Below are positions 38,080 through 50,345 of a stretch of 64,000 nucleotides of DNA, in pieces; position 1 is the stretch's first letter; every line of letters starts with the position of its first letter. Below the pieces are notes generated by a model that saw nothing but the letters and a program-made list of their open reading frames with translations, did not search any database and was not told the origin of the DNA. The stretch is taken from contig JAGIQG010000003.1 of NCBI GenBank assembly GCA_024679065.1, positions 61,628,001-61,692,000 of the forward strand. The letters run 5' to 3'. Source of the DNA: Sphyrna mokarran (taxonomy: Eukaryota). A program made the position numbers and the translations under genes.

Positions 38080-38674
38080 AACCTCCCTCCCTCCCTCCCT
38101 CCCCCCCACCCACCCACTGGCCGCCTCCTCTCCACCACCCACTGGCCGCCTCCTCCTCCACACCCACCCACCCACCCACTCACCCACTGGCCGCCTCCTC
38201 TCCCACCCCACCCACCCACCCACTGGCCGCCTCCTCTCCCACCCTCCCACCCACCCACTGGCCGCCTCCTCTCCCACCCTCCCACCCACTGGCCGCCTCC
38301 TCTCCCACCCACGGCCGCCTCCTCTCCCACCCTCCCACTCACTGGCCGCCTCCTCTCCACNNNNNNNNNNNNNNNNNNNNNNNNNNNNNNNNNNNNNNNN
38401 NNNNNNNNNNNNNNNNNNNNNNNNNNNNNNNNNNNNNNNNNNNNNNNNNNNNNNNNNNNNNNNNNNNNNNNNNNNNNNNNNNNNNNNNNNNNNTCCCCCT
38501 TCCCCTCCCGCCTCCTCTCCCTCTCCCCCTTCCCCTCCCCGCCTCCTCTCCCCCTTCCCTCCCACCTCTCTTCCCCCTTCTCCCCCTCCCCCCCCCCCTC
38601 CCGCTGGCTGCTCCTCTCCACCCACTGCTAGCCACTGTCTACCACCACCACCCTCCCCCACCCACCACCACCAC

Positions 38675-38707
<33 letters not shown>

Positions 38708-38710
38708 ATC
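38080..38710. repeat. C-rich low-complexity repeat (cccacccactggccgcctcctct) and poly-C around the gap
   Basis: Directly visible tandem units and a long C run at ~38676-38707. Confidence 0.85.
38361..38493. other. Assembly gap (133 N)
   Basis: Run of N. Confidence 0.99.
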
Positions 38711-38859
38711 TCTAGCACTGAGTGCGTCTGTCTGTTCGCCACCCTTGTTGCACTCACTGCTTCTCTCCCTAGCCCTTCCTCTCAGTGCTCCTCCACTCAC
38801 AGCAATTTCATTCATTAGGCTAGCATCTCAGAATACTGAAAGAGATAGGAGAGAAAATG

Positions 38860-40720
38860 CCACTAGACATAATGTTAGTAGAATCTTGGAAGTAGGAATT
38901 ATGCCAAAGGATTGGAAAGTAGGGTGTGTCCATGAAAGATGAACAAGACAAACCAGGAAATTATAGGCTGGAAAGTATTATCTCAATTGTTTGTAAACAT
39001 TTAGAATACAGGATAGAGTAGAGTTAATGGAAAAACAGTTGGAAAAGCTTGGCTGATTCACAGGGTCAAAGCTGAGATTTCTTTTGTTTTCCACATACAG
39101 AATGACAAAAATTTGGGTATAAATGCAAAATGAATAGAGGATTAAAGTTTGATAATGATTTCAAAATCATCGGAATGGCAAACTGTGAGGAAGGGGAAGG
39201 AGGACAATAGGATAACAGATGATGGATGCAGTACTCATATTGAACTGCATCCATCATCTATCTGTTAACCTGTTGTCCTCCTCCCCCTTCCTCACAGTTT
39301 GCTACTCAGATTAACAGATAGATGATGGATGCAGTTCAATATGAGTACAAACAGTAAAAGGGGATGTATCCTGAATCATATAATTCTTATTGAAGTGGAG
39401 AAAAAGATTGAGGAATGCACTGATCAAAATGTATTAAAACGCATAGAGAGGTTATAAGTTTTGCACAGGGCATTGAATCTGACAATGTGGAAGTTAATTT
39501 GTTGATTCAGCTACAATCAGGTAATAGATGCACTTCTGTACCTCATCAGAAGGGTGATATTTGAGTTATAGGAATGATAGAGCAATGATACCGTCCTAGA
39601 ATTATACTAGGAATGAGAAACTAGTACTGAAGTAAGGGTTTATTTAAAAAAAGGGGCTTCTTTTTTGGAGCAGCGAAGGTTAAGGGTGAGTCTAATCGAG
39701 ATTTTCAAACTGAAAGATTATACCAATTGGTGAGTTGGTTACAAGCTACAATTTGTATATATATCTCACCTTTAATGGAATGAAACATGACAGGGCATTT
39801 CAAAGAGGCTTTATAAAACAAAATATGACACCAAACCACATAGGGAAATTTAGGGAGTTGACCAAAAACTTGACCATAGAAGTAGTGTCTTCAAGGAGCA
39901 AAGTGAAGCAGAGACGTTTAGGAAGGAAGTCAATGGGTTGAGGCCAGGCAGTTGAAAATACAGCTGCCAAGAATGCAGTGATGCGAAATGGATGATCAAG
40001 AGGCTTGGAAAAGAGGAGCGCAAATATCTCAAAGGTCTGTAGGACCAGAGGAGATTCCAGAAAGAGGGAGGGGCCAGGTAATAGAAGAAGTTGAAAAAAG
40101 GTTGAGAATTTTAAAATTGAGGTGTTGTTTAACTGGGAGCCATGTAGTTCAACGAACACAACGGTGATGGCATGCGACAGGACACAGGCAACAGAACTTT
40201 GGATGATCTCACGCTTTGAAAGTGTAGAATGTGGGAGATCAGACAGGAGTATGTTAAGTCTGGAGACAGTAAAGTTATAGATGAGACTTTCATCACAAGA
40301 GCTGCAGCACGGGCAGAGAAAGCAATGTTACTAAGGTAAAAATAAGTGGTCTTGATAATAATGCAGCTATGTGATTAAAAGATCACGTCAGAGTCAGATG
40401 CTTGAACCATCTGGTTCAGTTGCCAGAGAGGACATAGATGGAAAATTACAAATGATTATGAATGTAGATGACGATCAGAAGGACAAGAGGAGAACTGATA
40501 AGTTTTTTTCATGGACAATTATTTAAACATGGAATATTGGAAAGGATCTATAGCATCTTTCAAGACTTGAGAATCTCCCTAAGTGCTTTGCATCCAATGA
40601 GTTACTATTGAATGCTTTATCACAAGCAGCTATTGAACTAGAGGCTATAATATTTAAAAGAAGATTGGCTATGTATTTGAAATAAATATGAAAGGGTTAT
40701 GAAGATTTACCAGCTAAATT
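38860..40720. mobile_element. Very old CR1 (+) split by an L2-like fragment (-, ~39745-40430)
   Basis: ccaggaaattataggctg (PGNYR) and gttaagggtgagtctaatcgag (LRGxLIE); the L2-like segment resembles those at 34050-34250 and 48630-48780. Confidence 0.55.
39178..39348. repeat. Short inverted triplication forming a hairpin
   Basis: 39178-39232 pairs with 39244-39302, and 39231-39268 is the exact reverse complement of 39311-39348. Confidence 0.9.
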
Positions 40721-40793
40721 ATATCGAATAAATAGAAAATCTCAGACTTTTCAGCGCATTAGAAAGTAAAGTTTTGCCTTTGAGCCCTCCAGT

Positions 40794-42368
40794 AGCATGC
40801 TGCCGAGCCAGAGTGAAATTCCTCTTCTCTGTTACCACATCCTGCAGATCAACCTTGAAAAGGCCACCTTTCATTTCAGAATTTTTTTTTATCACATTTT
40901 ACCACTACCCACTAGCCATCCTGTGACTTCTCCGAGTCAGATGCCAATTAGTTAGCTTCAACTAAGGATTAATTTCTGCACCCTTGTGCGAACCAAGACT
41001 CTTAAGCTAATTTAAATCAGATTCGCAAAGCCAGCAGACACAGGAAACCTTACTGCCATCTTTCCGGCTGAATGAAAATCTGGGCTCCAGAGGTGAAAAG
41101 CAAGTGTCTAAACCAATACACCCCAGTTCCCCAGGAGAACTGAGTTTATTTTGCTTCAGACTCTGGATTGCATAGTTCAATACTGAAGATTGTATCAGAG
41201 AACCACTGGCCAATTGGATTACAGCCTATGGTGATTGTAAAACTGTGAAATAAATATGAAAGGGTATGAAGAAAGACTAGCTAAATTACATCAAATCAAT
41301 AGAAAATCTCAGAATCTCAGCACTTTAGAAAGTAAAGTTTTGCCTTTAAGTCCTCCAATAGCACTTCCTCCAATAGGACAACTCTACTTCTCGAAATAAA
41401 GCAGGCAAAACAAATTATTGTATCAGTCTGCAAGGGAAAGTAAAAGTACTTGAATATGGCATCTTATCAAATGCTTGGGCTATCCGAAGGCACTTCATAT
41501 TCACTTTTCACATGAATCTAGTGTTACTATATAGGCAAATTTGGCAGATCCTACAAATGTACTTTGAGGCAAAGAAAGAGTTGATGTTTTTTGTGATGTT
41601 AACCAGGCTCTTCTGCAAGTAGTACATGGGATTTGTGTACTTGCACCTAAACAGGGAGTCAGGACCTCAGTTTAATGTTTGATCCGAAAATTGACACAAA
41701 TGCAGCAAATGCAGGTTTTACAGTCACCATAGGCTATAATCCAATTGATCAGTGGTTCTCTGATACAACCTCCAGCACTGGACTATGCTATTGCATTGTG
41801 CTATTGGAGGACTTAAAGGCAAAACTTTACTTTCTAAAGTGCTGAGAAGTCTGAGATTTTCTATTGATTTGATGTAATTTAGCTAGTCTTTCTTCATACC
41901 CTTTCATATTTATTTCACAGTTTTACAATCACCATAGGCTGTAATCCAATTGGCCAGTGGTTCTCTGATACAATCTTCAGTATTGAACTATGCAATCCAG
42001 AGTCTGAAGCAAAATAAACTCAGTTCTCCTGGGGAACTGGGGCGTATTGGTTTAGACACTTGCTTTTCACCTCTGGAGCCCAGATTTTCATTCAGCCGGA
42101 AAGATGGCAGTAAAGTTTCCTGTGTCTGCTGGCTTTGTGAATCTGATTTAAATTAGCTTAAGAGTCTTGGTTCGCACAAGGGTGCAGAAATTAATCCTTA
42201 GTTGAAGCTAACTAATTGGCATCTGACTCGGAGAAGTCACAGGATGGCTAGTGGATAGTGGTAAAATGTGATAAAAAAAATTCTGAAATGAAAGATGGTC
42301 TTTTCAAGGTTGGACTGCAGGATGTGGTAACAGAGAAGAGGAATTTCACTCTGGCTCGGCAGCATGCT
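40794..42368. repeat. Long inverted repeat: arms 40794-41364 and 41798-42368, 433-bp spacer
   Basis: The arms are reverse complements with roughly ten differences by eye; mirrored 68-aa ORFs at 41007-41213 (-) and 41950-42156 (+). Confidence 0.95.
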
Positions 42369-42395
42369 GGTCTACCTCATGCTGATAAAGGGAAA
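42030..42395 (+). mobile_element. LF-SINE-like element, with an inverted copy in the left arm
   Basis: tRNA-like head gcttttcacctctgg...ttcagcc, central ctaattggca and a gaatttcactctg tail resemble the LF-SINE consensus as I recall it. Confidence 0.5.
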
Positions 42396-42469
42396 GAGGT
42401 CCATTTCCCAGCACTATTTTTGCTTTGTGCTCGTTTTTTTCGTTTTTAAGGGAAGCAAAAGACTGAAAT

Positions 42470-42695
42470 ATAGTATAAAAACAGAAAATTCTGGAAATAC
42501 TCAGCAGGTCAGAAAGCATCTATAGAAAGAGAAACAGTGTTAATATTTCAGGCTGATGGTCCGTCAACAGAACTGGAAAAAGTTAGAGATGTAATAGGTT
42601 TTGAGCAAGGAATGGATGCAGCAAGGGCAAAGGAGAGTCTGTATTTGGGTGGAAAATAGTATTTCCAGCATCCATAGCATTATGTTTTACTACCG
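42470..42695. mobile_element. Penelope-like terminal repeat relic
   Basis: aaaacagaaaattctggaaatactcagcaggtc...agagaaacagtgttaatatttcagg, related to 20490-20550. Confidence 0.55.
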
Positions 42696-45600
42696 AAATC
42701 TAAAATTTGTTTAGTCAAATCAAGTATGCGGGCACCATCTTCTGTAGTGACTCTCACAATCATTGTTGCCTTCACAAGAGACCATGAGTTGTCACATTTA
42801 CTTCGAACTGATAATGTGCATTTGTGAAAAGCGGTTATACCATGTTTCCTGTGTTACTCAAAACAACATAGAAAAAAATGTATGCCAAGAAACCCAACTT
42901 TGCTCAATTGCTTTAAGCCATTCAAAGGATTACTCTAAATCAGTTTGTTTAATTTGAACTTTGTTTTGAATTAAAAATTGGGTAAAGGATATGCTGAGAA
43001 AGTTGATGGATGGGGTTGATCTGTTATAAAAATGGGCTTAACAATCTTTTCTGTTTTTAAAATATCCTGCGTTCCTCTTGTTGGATAACATGTACGGTTT
43101 CAACCTGTCATAAATTAGAAGAATGACAGATTAAGATTAACATTTTGGCATCCAATGTTGTCTGCACAGATGGAACTCAGCTGAGCACAGAGAAAACAGA
43201 ATCCTGCTCTCCTGTAACAATCTATTTTCACTGACAATACTGCACAAAATTAAAAACTTCAACCCAATGCCTCCTTTGAATCAGACACAGAAGATTACTT
43301 CCTGGGTCTGGATATGATCAAGGTCCCTGGCTTCCTCCTACCTGCAGCCCAACTGTGCATTCTATTGAAGGACAATCTCTTCTGTCACTGCCTACACATT
43401 CCCTGCTAATAAGGCTTTATAGATAAATTGTAAAGAAGATGTGAAGAATTTTGTGACTGTCCTCTTATAACCAGTAATCTAATAATGAGTTATGTATAAC
43501 CAATAATGAGTTATATATTCGATGGGGCCACCTTGCGGTAGCTCCATTTAAGCATATCTGGATACAGAGATAATGGCACATTCCAGCTGAATGCTTATTT
43601 CGATGTTCTTCAAAGCAGATACCATCTTAGCCAAACTAAAACTTTCTATACATATCAAAAATCCTCTCTTACCATCGAAAAGACTACATTCCCACCAGCA
43701 TTCTATATATAGATAAAAATTGCAGCCCGCAGAGTTAAGCATTTTGCTTAATTTAGAAAATGTGGATCTACATCAAAAACTCAGCTGTATTAACTTTTTC
43801 AATGAATATAAAAAGGCAGAAATAGTGACTTGCTGAACAGGCAAATCCCATGGTCTGTTGGAAGAAGAGTGAACCATTTTATTGTGTGCAGAACTCCAGT
43901 GAGATGCAATGCAGGCACTTCCTCGGGGGTTGTGGACAGAAAGGATGGTGAAGGCAGCTGATCGCCTGTGTTGCAAGGCAAGCTGCTAGTTTATTATAAT
44001 TGGTGTCTACTTTGGTCTACCAGGGATCCAGGGTAAATCGTCTCAACCGCTTCTACAATTAAAATTGGGAAACCTTGGAGGAAACTGGTGTTCAGGGCTC
44101 AGCCATTTCATAAACCTCAATTAGCGGAGTCATACTTAAGACTTCTGGCAGAGGAGATTTATTGCTAACAGTCTGTTTAAAGAAATGCTGTCTGTTAGAC
44201 CTCCTCACAATTAAGTCTATGTACTGTTAAGGTATTTGGTATTTTTCTTTTTTAAGTTCTTTGTATAGTCATCACAGGATGATCTCATTAGGAATATGCA
44301 GTTTGGAATGACGGTATGGAATTACAAGCAAGACTTAGGCTATTTGCCAAAATTGGTGTTAACATTCACTCAATAATGTTGCATTAACTTGTTGTCTATA
44401 TCAAAAGAGAACTCATTCCAATATGTAGCACTCAGTTCCCTGTATAACTGTCAGATGTATATTTTCTGTAAATGCTATAGATACGTAAGTGGTTGCAATA
44501 AATGTAGAATCTTACACCAGATTTTCCTGTTCTATACCGTAAAACTGTTGTAAGTAATTTGTAAATCATCAGCAAATTATGGAAATTTCATTAAAATTTC
44601 AGGTAATGCTATCTGCACAGCAGCCGTAATATCAAGCCAGCTCCGTCATGTTGTCAAGCTCAGTAACTCCTTCCATTCAGTGCACTGTGTTCCAGCTACC
44701 GTTTCTCTGAGGACTCCACTGCCAAAGTTATAGTGGTTGATCAGAACCACCTGCAGAGATTCTGAATTCTTAAACCATATGATGTTAATCTATAGAACAT
44801 AGCACAAGAAAAAAATGTATTGGTAGACAGATTATTGAAACCATAAATAAGACAAATAAGATGTTGGGATATATAGTTCATCAGATAAAGCAGAAATCAC
44901 AGGAAATGATATGAAGTCTACCCAGGGACTCGGTTACCTGCATCTGATCGCCATATTGCAAGAGGGACATGAGAATATTGGAAAAGGTTCTCTAAAGGGC
45001 TACTTACTTGATATCTGGCACTGGATAGCTGAGCTACAAGAGAAATTACAGAACTGAGAGTTTATTTCTAATAAAGAAGATGGTTTATAAGAGTTTTCCG
45101 GATCCTTAAAGATATCAACAAATTGACTCTTGAGAATCAGCTTACTGTGGAGTTGCAGGGAGGGAAATGAACGGGACAGAACAGATAAAACTGTTATTTG
45201 GGATATTCTGCACAGGACTGTGATTGAAGCTGGTAACAGCAGTGATCTTAACAAGGAGTTGGAATATTAGGTAGAGAACTTTGTCTTCTGTGTTTTGAAT
45301 TACAGGGCCAGTGAGATGAACCAAAATAGCTTTTTCGGAAATCGTACGTTCCTGTGTTTCTATGAAAAATGTAGCCTTGCCAGTTGATCGGGTGTGAAGC
45401 AGTAAGGTCAACTCAGAGTCAAAGAAGAATGCTGAGTTTGTGTCATTTCAGGACAATAGTTTATTCACAATTAGAATATTATGTTCAGAATCAAGCATCC
45501 CTCTATAGAAAGAACATTAAAACACAAAGACTATTCAGCAAAAAATAATGCCAGAGATGGCAGCTTTAATTCAAGAGAAACTTGTGATACAGGGACTGTT

Positions 45601-46199
45601 TATATTGATTCACATAGGGCAAAGAGGAAATTTGACTGGGGTTTAAAATTATGAAAGGTTTTGATAAGTGACAAAAGATCATTGATTTAAAATTGTCAGA
45701 AAGAGCCTAGAGAGAGGTGGAAGAAATTTTCTTTCACATTTTCTACTTTGATCATGTCATTGAAATTGGTTGAGACAGTAATAACTGCAACTTTTAAGGA
45801 AAATCACAAAAATATTTGAAACATGGGAAGGTCTGAGACTATGGTTAGAGTGCCAGTAGGTTTAGTTTGGATTTGCTCTAGCAGAGCAATGGAACAGAAG
45901 TGATTGGCATAATTATTTTGTGCGCTGTAAAGTCCTCCTATCTGGTTCAGTTTGAGGAGGTTGATAGAGCTGGACCTTATCTGAAGTGCTGTGAGAACAA
46001 GCCAGGATAGTTTTTCTTATATGGAGCTAAAGAAAATTAAGGTTCATCCCAAATCTTCATGTCGCTCAGCACAGACATGGTGTCCGTTGGTGGAGGAGGG
46101 GAGAATTGGATGTGTGAAAACTGACCACATGCTTGCACATTACCTCTTCTTAGGGAAAGCATATAGAACTGCAGAATGACCTAGCAAACAAAGAAACCA

Positions 46200-46975
46200 T
46201 TAGAACATAGAACATTACAGCACAGAACAGGCCCTTCGGCCTTCCATGTTGTGCCGACCAAAATAAAAAGCAATGCCCCTCCAAACTAAACCATTCCCTT
46301 CTCTTCCATATACTTATCAATTAACCTCTTAAACGCCACCAAACTTGGCGCATCTACAACAGCTGCAGGCAGGGCATTCCACTCCCTAATCACTCTTTGA
46401 GTAAAGAACCTACCTCTGATATCCGTCCTATAACTCATACCCCTTAATTTAAAGCTGTGTCCCCTCGTGCTAGCTTTCTCCATCCTAGGAAAAAGGCTAT
46501 CACTGTCCACCCTATCTAAACCTCTAATCATCTTATATGCTTTAATAAGATCCCCTCTTAGCCGCCTCCTTTCTAACGAAAACAACCTCAAATCCTTCAA
46601 CCTCTCTTCATAGGACCTGCCCTCCATACCAGGCAACATCCTGGTAAACCTCCTCTGTACCCTCTCCAATGCCTCCACATCTTTCTTATAATGTGGGGAC
46701 CAGAACTGCACACAATACTCCAAGTGCGGCCGCACTAGAGTTTTGTACAGTTGCAACATGATGCTGCGGCTCCTAAATTCAATCCCCCTACCAATAAAAG
46801 CTAAGACTCCATATGCCTTCTTAACAACTTTATCCACTTGACTGCCTACTTTCAGGGATCTATTGACACATACACCAAGATCCTTCTGTTCCTCAACACT
46901 ATTAAGAGCCCTACCATTAGCCCTATACTCTACACATTTATTGTTCCTGCCAAAGTGCATTACCTCACAATTAGC
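46200..46975 (-). mobile_element. Young 5'-truncated CR1 with an intact ORF2 C-terminus (224 aa)
   Basis: HFGRNN...KDLGV...YKTLVRPHLEYCVQFWSP...LERVQRRFTRMLPG...RRRLRGDLI without stops, plus a (catagaa)n tail. Confidence 0.95.
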
Positions 46976-48962
46976 CTACCACATATGTGTCAAATCTTTA
47001 AAATTATCCAACTGACCCCAGTCTGCTATGGTTTGAAAACATCATTAATTTCTCAACACATTACCATCATCCTCTTAAGATTATAAAGAGCACATTAGAA
47101 TTTAAAAAAAACTTTGATAAGAAACAATTTTTGTTGATATAATTGGCCTCCGTGTCTTTGGGCTGGATAGGAGGCAGTAAACCAAGATTGCTCACATTAC
47201 CTGTAATTTGTTTTGCCTCCAATTATTTACTCAATTCTATTACACATGATAGCTCAGTGAATTGAGGATAGAACAGTGGGCATGTTACAGGTGATTGACA
47301 GGCATAGGAAGAGGAAATTTTTAAGAAGATGAAGTGACCAAATAGGCACTGATCAAAATGTAACCAGGAACAAATGGTGTCATGATAATGGAACAAAGGA
47401 CTGATCAGGAGCTTTGAAAGTAATAAAGATGAGATTTACCAGATGTGCAGGATATTGATGACTCAAGGCTGAGAAGTTAACATATTTTGTAATGCATTTA
47501 TAAAACACTGTGGACTTTCTCACTGATTCCCACTGGCTTCCCTGGTTGCCATCCACCCTCCAGCATCTCATTCAAGAGATTTTTCGATGTACATCGTTGG
47601 CCATTGAGTAGAGTACTAGCAACCTATTCAATGCAGAGAGCTTTGCAACTGAGCATAGCTTTGTTCCCATCAAAGTCCACACCTGCATTTTCCAGCAGGA
47701 ATCATGAGATAATCAGGGTCATAAAACCTGGCTGATTTCCCCTACCCAGCCCAAAGACACTGAGGCCAATTATATCAACAAAAGATGTTTCTTATCCAAA
47801 TTTTTTTTTTAATTAGTTGTACTCTTCTTATAACTATTAGAGGATGATGGCAATGCATCGAAGAATCAATTATTTTTATAAATCACAGGCTTTAACTGCA
47901 GTATATGTATGCTGGTGGATCTGTCATATTACGGAATTTCCACAACGTGATCAGAACTTGAAACAAATAAGGAAATCACGCAACCGGCCATGGAACCTGG
48001 GTAGTGCTAACTTTTCAACTGCAGCAATCTGCTCTAATCTCAATTTGCTGCACCTCATGCCAGTCCTTCCACATTCTTCCTTTTCAAATACTTACATCAA
48101 TTTCAAAGATGTAATCTATCATTGCTGTGGCTCACAAAAAGATAGGAATAAGAATGCACAGAAGTTAATGTTACTTTCATAAAGATTCTTATTTAGTCCA
48201 CTCATGTCTGCTGTGTGTAGCTCTGGTCACTATATGTTAAGAAAAATAAATATGGGGGCTTTGAAGGATGTGGTTATCAGAAAAGGCTGGGGCTCTTTTC
48301 TCTAGAAAAAGGAAGGCTGAAGTGAGTGATCTGATGGAGGTTGTTAAGTTTATCAAAAGATTTAATAAATTGTTTACCTAAAGAGTGTGTAACATACTAC
48401 AACTTAAAGTAATTGATGGGAATAGAATAGATGCATTTAAGGAGAAACACATGAAGGAGCAAGAAATAGAACATTTGACAGGACTATATGAGAAAGGGTG
48501 GAAGGAGACTTATGTGGCGCATAAAAGCAGAATTGAAGCTTTTGGGTAAATAGTCTGTGTTCTTTGGACGTTACATGATTACAATTGAATTGTGGGAAAA
48601 TACTCATCACTGTAATGCAACATATTATATTTTTATAGCGTCATTAATATTGCAGACATATCCCAAACTAATTTGTAGAAGTGATTGTAAGATCAAATTT
48701 GACATTGAGCTACATTAGGAGATATTAGGACTAGTGATCAAAAACTTGATATGAGAGGCAGATTTAACAGTATGATTGTCTTAATAGTTATTCTGGTTCT
48801 CATTTTTATTTCCTAAATTGTGGTTGGAAGAAATGTTGGGGGAATATACAGTATTCCTGTTCTATGTCCTGTGTTTCCATGTGTAAAGTTTCTATGTCTA
48901 AAGGTGTGCACTGTGTCGATGTTCTGCTTCCATCTTCTAAATGGAGTTTTCATTCCCCACAG

Positions 48963-49073
48963 GCTATTATAAAAGAAGGTCTTCTGATGAAACAGACAAG
49001 TTCATTTCAACGTTGGAAGAAAAGATATTTCAAGCTCCGGGGAAGGACATTGTATTATGCAAAAAATGCAAAG
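48963..49073 (+). CDS. DGKD: DGK coding exon 2 (111 bp), start of the PH domain
   Basis: Flanked by cccacag|GCT and AAG|gtgatt. Encodes [37 protein letters not shown]. Confidence 0.92.
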
Positions 49074-50029
49074 GTGATTTTTTTACTTTATGCAATGTAT
49101 CAGCTGCAGTTATATAAGGGAACCTGTGATGTTTACCTGCCTGAGAATTCATACTGTGTCTGATAAGATAACATGATGTCATAACAAAAAGTGCTTTTTA
49201 GACTGTCTGTATTTTTTTTTGCTGTAATTCAGTTGCCAGCTCAGCCAGTGTGACCACATGACTTATATCCTGGAATTCAGCAATAGATCAGTGAAAGCTT
49301 GGGTTATTTTTCTGTTTTCGAGCTTCAATGATTATAGTTAAATTCTACACTCACTTGGCCTTTGACATTTCACTCGTCTTTCACAGTTCAAGACCTAGTC
49401 ACACAGAAGTGCAAAAGATGGGAAAAGGCTTTGCAGTATGTTCAGCCACCCCAGTATCTAAAACGTATATCTGATGATAGCTGTCATACCTCTCTATTAA
49501 ACCCTCCTCCAAGAGCTTAACTGTCATTGTAAAAATTAATTCTTAAAGGGCTGAGTATGCCAACAAATAAATAAGTTTGCAAGCCCAAATATTATTCAGT
49601 CTGGTAAATTAATGAAGATTAGTGAGGAAGGAGTGGTGAGAAACTGTATCAAAAGACTAGAAGGTGGAAAAAGCTAGGATGAGAAAGAGATATGCCAAGC
49701 AACTATCAATTGCTTAGTTTCACATTAGTAGGAAAATGACTCAAGGCCATAATCAGAGATAACATAACTAAATACATTGTAGGATATGGTCTGACCATGA
49801 TCACCAACACAAACTTGTTATTGACTAATTTGTTGAATTTTTTGAGAGCACAATATGCTGAGTTCTGCAGGTACAATGACCCGAACATTCACTGAAATAG
49901 TTCTGATACTGGAGAAAACTAGCCTAAGCCCTTGACACAAGTGGACTCAAAAAAAAGATGCTGGAGGAATGATCACAATCGTGGCTAGAGGTGGATTTTA
50001 AAGAGTGTCTTGAAAAAGTGAGAAGGAGC

Positions 50030-50345
50030 ATAGAATATATAATCCCTACAGTGCAGAAGGAGGTCATTTAGTCCATGGAGCCTGCATCAACAACAATCCC
50101 ACCCAGGCCCTATCCCTGTAACCCCTTGTGTTTACCTTGCTGTTTTCCCACTGAGAGACAATTTATCATGGCCAATCAACCTAAGTCGCACGTTGTCAGA
50201 CTATGGGAGGAAACCGAAGCATCCAGAGAAAATCCACACGGACACAGAGAGAATGTGTAAACTCCACACAGTCACCCAGAATTGAACCTGGATCCCTGGT
50301 ATTATGAGACAGTAGTGCTAACCACTGTGCTACTTTGCTACCCAA
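50030..50345 (-). mobile_element. HE1/V-SINE
   Basis: aatccctacagtgcagaagg...gtgctaaccactgtgc. Confidence 0.85.

Noticed and set aside
37961-38757. Gly-rich and Pro-rich ORFs of about 200 aa
   Set aside because: They are low-complexity sequence read through an N gap.
41007-42156. Two mirrored 68-aa ORFs as duplicated genes
   Set aside because: They have TTG starts and no recognisable domain, overlap a SINE-like element and simply reflect the inverted repeat.
40794-42368. DNA transposon or MITE with long terminal inverted repeats
   Set aside because: No TSD or transposase; the arms are made of neighbouring local sequence, and the right arm continues naturally into its flank.
43540-45420. 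Short ORFs and coding-looking sequence in intron 1
   Set aside because: Multiple stops, no recognisable domain and no consistent splice structure.
46286-46960. 224-aa ORF as a host gene
   Set aside because: It is the C-terminus of CR1 ORF2.
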